Part shown: one piece after another, positions 44,663 to 48,703 of the stretch
Numbering within the stretch: the first letter of the stretch is position 1
Layout of the letters: each line of letters begins with the position of its first letter
Source of the DNA: an uncultured Nitrospiraceae bacterium
GTDB taxonomy: Bacteria; Nitrospirota; Thermodesulfovibrionia; Thermodesulfovibrionales; SM23-35
Length of the DNA stretch: 48,703 nt
Reading direction: 5' to 3'
NCBI GenBank assembly: GCA_964639385.1
Contig: CAZXCW010000002.1
Location: forward strand, 1-48,703
The notes under the pieces: generated by a model
The model's input: the letters and a program-made list of their open reading frames with translations, nothing else
The model's database searches: none
Told to the model about the DNA's origin: nothing
Position numbers and translations under genes: made by a program

Positions 44663-45637
44663 TTGGACGGGGGTTTGCGTACTTACAAAATCCCATATAA
44701 TGGATTAAATGACCTACTTGTATCGTTTCTTGGAATCCCCAAACCTGACTACGGTCATATTGAATCTGCTATTGTAGACGTTATAGCACCTATACAAATG
44801 CGACTTGGAAACGATTGTAAATTATCTGATGGCAGACTCACTGTCCATGCAGAAATCATTAAATATGATAACCTAGAAGATATATCAATAGGGCTCATTA
44901 CACATTCAGGCAACATCATTGTTCAAAGAACATCTTTTACCCTGGAAAAAACTGATTGGAAGGGGGAAAAAGGTCTGATAGTCAGTCACAAAGAAGTAAA
45001 CGTTGGTAAAGTTACTTCAGTTGATATTTTCTTAAGTTTCAGAAGCGAATATCTAGATAAACTGACGATTAGTGATCCAGCAGCACTATTAAAAAACCCA
45101 AGGATTTTGGGCTATAACCATTTCGATAAAGACCTCAATAAATTCAAAGGGTATCTCAAATATCCAGATCAGGAAACCTTCGAGAAAGGAATAAGCCTGC
45201 TACTTCATTTCTGCGGTTTTAATACGGCCGCCTATGGTTTAATAAAGGGGAAAAAAGGAATAGGCGGAATTCATGAAGAAATTGACCTTATTGCGTTTAT
45301 CCCTTCCAATCAAGTTATTGCAGGAGAATGCCCAATAAGGGAAATTGATATTAATGGAAAACTTTCGAAATTCGCTAGGAAGGTAAAGCAAATACAGGAA
45401 CTTCTCAAGGGATTCTCTATTATTCCTCTTATTTTTACAACCCTTAAGAGTGAGGAAGTTACAAAAACTGACATCGAAAAAGCAAAAAATGAAGGTATTG
45501 GGGTTGTTACCTGTGAAAATATTAACGAACTTTTTGAAATGGCAGGGCTGCAAAGGCAACCAAACGAAATTTTAACCTATCTTAAAAGTCTGATTCTTAT
45601 AGATGAGCACCAGCCATGGAAAATGCATTACCGATAG
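44663..45637 (+). CDS. Hypothetical protein with C-terminal Mrr/restriction-endonuclease-like (PD-(D/E)xK) domain
   Basis: TTG start with a weak RBS. The C-terminal segment ETFEKGISLLLHFCGFN...GGIHEEIDLIAFIPSNQVIAGECP follows the Mrr_cat-type pattern FE..v..LL...Gf...(D/E)GIDlia....v.v(Q/E)cK. Pro replaces the expected Lys. Confidence 0.5.
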   Translation: MDGGLRTYKIPYNGLNDLLVSFLGIPKPDYGHIESAIVDVIAPIQMRLGNDCKLSDGRLTVHAEIIKYDNLEDISIGLITHSGNIIVQRTSFTLEKTDWKGEKGLIVSHKEVNVGKVTSVDIFLSFRSEYLDKLTISDPAALLKNPRILGYNHFDKDLNKFKGYLKYPDQETFEKGISLLLHFCGFNTAAYGLIKGKKGIGGIHEEIDLIAFIPSNQVIAGECPIREIDINGKLSKFARKVKQIQELLKGFSIIPLIFTTLKSEEVTKTDIEKAKNEGIGVVTCENINELFEMAGLQRQPNEILTYLKSLILIDEHQPWKMHYR

Positions 45638-45794
45638 GCTGGACTCGGACAACATTAGGGGAGATAGTATCATTGAGGATTCAGAAAATCTTCCAGACAT
45701 AGATATCCTCGCAGGGATATTGCAGAAAATCCCGAATCAGCCTTTGAGCAATTCAGCAGTATCTATGAAGATCTTGAGAAATCTTAAAGGTTAG
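45616..45794 (+). pseudogene. Possible remnant of a type I restriction-modification specificity subunit (hsdS)
   Basis: ATG at 45616 gives MENALPIGWTRTTLGEIVSLRIQKIFQT*. The LP.GW....LGE motif is the typical HsdS N-terminus, here truncated after 28 codons. A different frame then reads ...IPNQPLSNSAVSMKILRNLKG*, faintly like the HsdS IP.PPL.EQ..I region. Confidence 0.3.
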
Positions 45795-45806
45795 AGAACC
45801 GTTAAC

Positions 45807-46094
45807 CTACTCTATTATCTTGGGCACCCTGAAGAATTTATCTGTATGGTCTGGTGCATTCATTAATGCTTCCTCTCTCGGAATAGAAGGCATTAACATA
45901 TCATCCTTCATTACATTACTCAGTGGAAGAACATGTGATGTTGGTTCAATGTCCTTTGTATCAAGCTCATTTAGCTTTTCCATATATTCGAGGATACTGC
46001 TCAGTTGTGAACCGAATAGTTCCTTTTCTTCTTCGGAAAGATGCAACCTTGCCAATGATGCTATATGTTCAATCTCTTTCTTGGATATTCTCAT
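45807..46094 (-). CDS. gatC: Asp/Glu-tRNA amidotransferase subunit C
   Basis: MRISKKEIEHIASLARLHLSEEEKELFGSQLSSILEYMEKLNELDT, 95 aa. Confidence 0.93.
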   Translation of the reverse strand: MRISKKEIEHIASLARLHLSEEEKELFGSQLSSILEYMEKLNELDTKDIEPTSHVLPLSNVMKDDMLMPSIPREEALMNAPDHTDKFFRVPKIIE

Positions 46095-46108
46095 TTCTTA
46101 AGGTCGGA

Positions 46109-48220
46109 CTATATTTTTTCGAGATTTGCAAACTTTACTGCGAGTCTCTTCAAACCAATATTTGAAAAGTTGACAGTTATCTTCTGCTCGTCTCCGTCAC
46201 CGTAACAGTCGCGCACTACACCTACACCCCAGGTTGGATGTTTCACTCTACATCCTGAAGTGTATAGAGTCAAAGCACGCTTTGGCATAAACTTTTTCTT
46301 CGGAGATTCAAGTTTCATTGTGGGATGGACTGTTATCTTTTCTACCCATTGGCAGCAGCTCTTGAGAATATCCTTAAGGAATCTCGAGGGTTCCTGTTCC
46401 TGTAACTTCGTGTACAGTTTCCTCTTAGTGGCACCTGTTAGCCAAAGAACATCCTTTGCCCTTGTCATCCCAACATAGAAAAGCTTACGTTCCTCAGTAA
46501 TTTCATCTCTACCTTCTATGGCCTTACAATACGGCAGCACACCTTCCTCAAGCCCTATAACAAATACAACAGGAAATTCGAATCCCTTTGCATTGTGCAG
46601 TGACATGAGAGAAATGTAATTCCCTTCTACTGTTTCGTCCATGCTGGAAAACAATGATATTCTATCAAGAAAATCCTTTATCTCCATACCTTCTGCGGAG
46701 GAAATGAGTTCTTCAATGTTCCTGATCCTTTCCTCGTCCAGGGTTTTTGAATAACCCGACTTTTCAAACAGGCCGTTTAAAATCTCTGCTGCATTCCTGT
46801 ACTTAACAGCGGAGAAATGCTCAATAAGCCTTATAAACTCCGTAAGTTTCTCCTTTATGGTTGAGGGGAAATTGTCAGAACGGAGGGTTGCCTTTACAGC
46901 ATCAAAGGTAGATATAGATCTTTTCTTTGCTTCTTGCTCGATCCTGGCAAGAATCGATGCACTTATTCCGCGCGGCGGGCAGTTTATAATCCGTCGGAGG
47001 CTTACATTATCCCCATGATTCAGGGACAAACGCATATAGGCCACTATATCTTTGACCTCCTTCCTATGATAAAAGCTGACATTGCCAAGAACACGGTAGG
47101 GGAGACCTTCATCACGCAGGGCATTTTCTAATGCCCTTGACTGGAGATTTATACGATAGAATATTGCAAAATCTTTGTAATTATACCTTCCCTTTAGATA
47201 GAGTTCTTTTATAACTTTTGCAATATACTTTGCCTCTTCTTCATATGTAAGAAACCAGCAGCAGCATACCTTCTCTCCGAAGTCCTTGTCTGTCCATAAA
47301 TTCTTATCTTTCCGTCCTGAATTCTGGGAGATTACACTACTTGAAACATTTAGTATATTCCGGGTAGAGCGGTAGTTCTGCTCTAGTTTGATAACCTTCA
47401 CTTTGGAAAAATCATTTTCAAAACTTAAAATGTTATTTACATCAGCACCTTTAAACTTATATATACTCTGATCATCATCACATACAACACATATCCTTTT
47501 GCGGGCAGACATAAGTAGTTTAAGTAGATAGTACTGTGCATAATTGGTGCCCTGGAAATCATCAACAAGTGCATAAGCAAACATCTTCTGATATTTCCAG
47601 AGGAGCTTCCGATTCTTCTCGAATAGTTTCACCGTTAACATAATGAGATCATCAAGATCAAGAGCATGACTCCTCCTGAGTTCATCCTGATACCTTACAT
47701 AAACCTTTGCGAGCTTTTCATCAAAACCAAAACCATCGCCTGAAGAAATAAACTCTTCGGGCCCTATGAGAGAAGACTTGAGAAAGCTCAATCGGGATGC
47801 AATGCCCTTATAGAGGGCCTCGTGAATCTTAAATTCCTTTAATATATGCCTCACGAGGTTACACTGATCATCTTCATCATAGATCGAAAAACCACTGTTA
47901 CGGCCCAGTATCTTTATCTCCTTCCGCAATATCCTATTACACTGTGAATGAAATGTACCAATCCACTGGGCATTGATTTCTTTCCCAAGGAGACCTTGTA
48001 TCATCTCCTTCATTCCATCAGCTGCTTTGTTGGTAAACGTAACAGTGAATATCGAATTTGGAGAAAACCGCTTCGCCTTTACAAGATAGGAGAATTTATG
48101 ACCAATAACCTTGGTCTTACCGCTACCAGCACCAGCCAATATGAGTAATGGACCTTCAGTATATAAGACTGCCTCTTTCTGGTGGGTGTTTAAACCACGC
48201 ATAATAGTCTCTTTTAACAT
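46109..48220 (-). CDS. uvrD: UvrD/PcrA/Rep-family ATP-dependent DNA helicase
   Basis: LNTHQKEAV, Walker A GAGSGKT, motif II VDDFQGTN, and a C-terminal Tudor-like tail (VKHPTWGVGVV...). The length is 703 aa. Confidence 0.92.
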   Translation of the reverse strand: MLKETIMRGLNTHQKEAVLYTEGPLLILAGAGSGKTKVIGHKFSYLVKAKRFSPNSIFTVTFTNKAADGMKEMIQGLLGKEINAQWIGTFHSQCNRILRKEIKILGRNSGFSIYDEDDQCNLVRHILKEFKIHEALYKGIASRLSFLKSSLIGPEEFISSGDGFGFDEKLAKVYVRYQDELRRSHALDLDDLIMLTVKLFEKNRKLLWKYQKMFAYALVDDFQGTNYAQYYLLKLLMSARKRICVVCDDDQSIYKFKGADVNNILSFENDFSKVKVIKLEQNYRSTRNILNVSSSVISQNSGRKDKNLWTDKDFGEKVCCCWFLTYEEEAKYIAKVIKELYLKGRYNYKDFAIFYRINLQSRALENALRDEGLPYRVLGNVSFYHRKEVKDIVAYMRLSLNHGDNVSLRRIINCPPRGISASILARIEQEAKKRSISTFDAVKATLRSDNFPSTIKEKLTEFIRLIEHFSAVKYRNAAEILNGLFEKSGYSKTLDEERIRNIEELISSAEGMEIKDFLDRISLFSSMDETVEGNYISLMSLHNAKGFEFPVVFVIGLEEGVLPYCKAIEGRDEITEERKLFYVGMTRAKDVLWLTGATKRKLYTKLQEQEPSRFLKDILKSCCQWVEKITVHPTMKLESPKKKFMPKRALTLYTSGCRVKHPTWGVGVVRDCYGDGDEQKITVNFSNIGLKRLAVKFANLEKI

Positions 48221-48343
48221 TTCCCCTTTATATTTAAATTAACAAATATTTACCCTTTAAATCTATTTAAATCTTTTACCCGTTTCTAAGTTCAGATATT
48301 TATTGAGTCTAAAACCAATAACCCAAAGAAAACCCAAGAAACC

Positions 48344-48703
48344 CTATTCCACTGTAACACTCTTAGCAAGATTCCTCGGCTGGTCAACATCGCACCCTCT
48401 TAATACCCCAACATGATAAGCAAGAAGTTGTACAGGGATAGCCATTAAAACAGGAGTAAGATAAGAATTTGTATTTGGGACAAGAATGCATTGATCTGAA
48501 ATTCCGAAGACAGCGCTATCAGGATCATTCGTGATTGATATTACCCTCCCCCCCCTACTCTTCACCTCCTGTATGTTCGAGCGCATCTTGTCGTAGACAC
48601 GTGATTTCGTCGCTATGCAGACCACCCAGGGGTTTTCATCGATGAGCGCAATCGGTCCGTGCTTCATCTCGCCCGCCGGATACCCTTCGGCGCTTATATA
48701 GGA
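48344..48703 (-). CDS. glmS: Glutamine--fructose-6-phosphate aminotransferase, C-terminal part (gene continues beyond the window)
   Basis: ...[13 protein letters not shown]...[27 protein letters not shown] is the canonical GlmS SIS-domain C-terminus. The frame stays open to the window edge. Confidence 0.92.
   Translation of the reverse strand, partial: SYISAEGYPAGEMKHGPIALIDENPWVVCIATKSRVYDKMRSNIQEVKSRGGRVISITNDPDSAVFGISDQCILVPNTNSYLTPVLMAIPVQLLAYHVGVLRGCDVDQPRNLAKSVTVE

Noticed and set aside
44600-44663. Programmed ribosomal frameshift joining ORF145 and ORF324
   Set aside because: The overlap contains no slippery heptamer of the X XXY YYZ type or a poly-A/T run, and I found no downstream structure. 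A mutational frameshift, or two separate genes, is more parsimonious.
45603-45794. 63-aa plus-strand ORF as a real gene
   Set aside because: It starts inside the preceding ORF and has no RBS. It is better explained as frames crossing an hsdS-like remnant.
1-48703. Search by eye for tRNA, rRNA, tmRNA, SRP RNA, RNase P RNA, CRISPR arrays, integrase or transposase genes, and prophage modules
   Set aside because: No spacer-repeat periodicity and no conserved T-loop or SRP helix-8-like motifs were seen in the intergenic regions. No ORF had recombinase or transposase motifs. A covariance-model scan (tRNAscan-SE, Infernal/Rfam) is needed to exclude small RNAs formally.

Overview
48.7 kb chromosomal segment from a low-to-moderate G+C bacterium with strong AGGAGG-type ribosome-binding sites. 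Gene content (octaheme cytochrome c, a selenoprotein, a homocitrate-synthase-like gene next to icd, UPF0182) suggests an anaerobe of the Nitrospirota or Deltaproteobacteria type, but this is inference only. Most of the window is housekeeping: trxB, rnc, fabG-acpP-fabF, icd, mdh, ndk, clpC, proB, obg, rpmA, rplU, dnaB, rplI, panD, gatC, uvrD/pcrA and the glmS 3' end. There is also a 12.5 kb same-strand array of three efflux machineries (RND, HlyD+ABC-2, MacAB-like) sharing one TolC behind a TetR regulator. I found no rRNA, tRNA, CRISPR array, transposase or integrase. Five things stand out. (1) A two-domain thioredoxin-fold protein downstream of trxB is split in the ORF track by an in-frame TGA that falls on the first Cys position of its CPYC motif and is followed by a SECIS-like hairpin, so it is probably a selenoprotein. 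(2) A ~125-nt structured intergenic repeat occurs in 3 good copies plus 1 diverged copy, and its stems differ between copies by compensatory changes. (3) A second family of MITE-like terminal inverted repeats is present, and one member carries a copy of the structured repeat. (4) A 3.5 kb AT-rich island lies between panD and gatC. It holds higB, a HigA-HTH::ImmA/IrrE metallopeptidase fusion, two uncharacterised ORFs (possibly one frameshifted gene) ending in an Mrr-like PD-(D/E)xK domain, hsdS-like remnants, and a 36-nt direct repeat that looks like duplicated gene 3' ends. (5) An HMGL-family synthase is start/stop-overlapped with icd and is a possible Re-citrate synthase. All family assignments come from reading motifs by eye. 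No database search or RNA folding was run.
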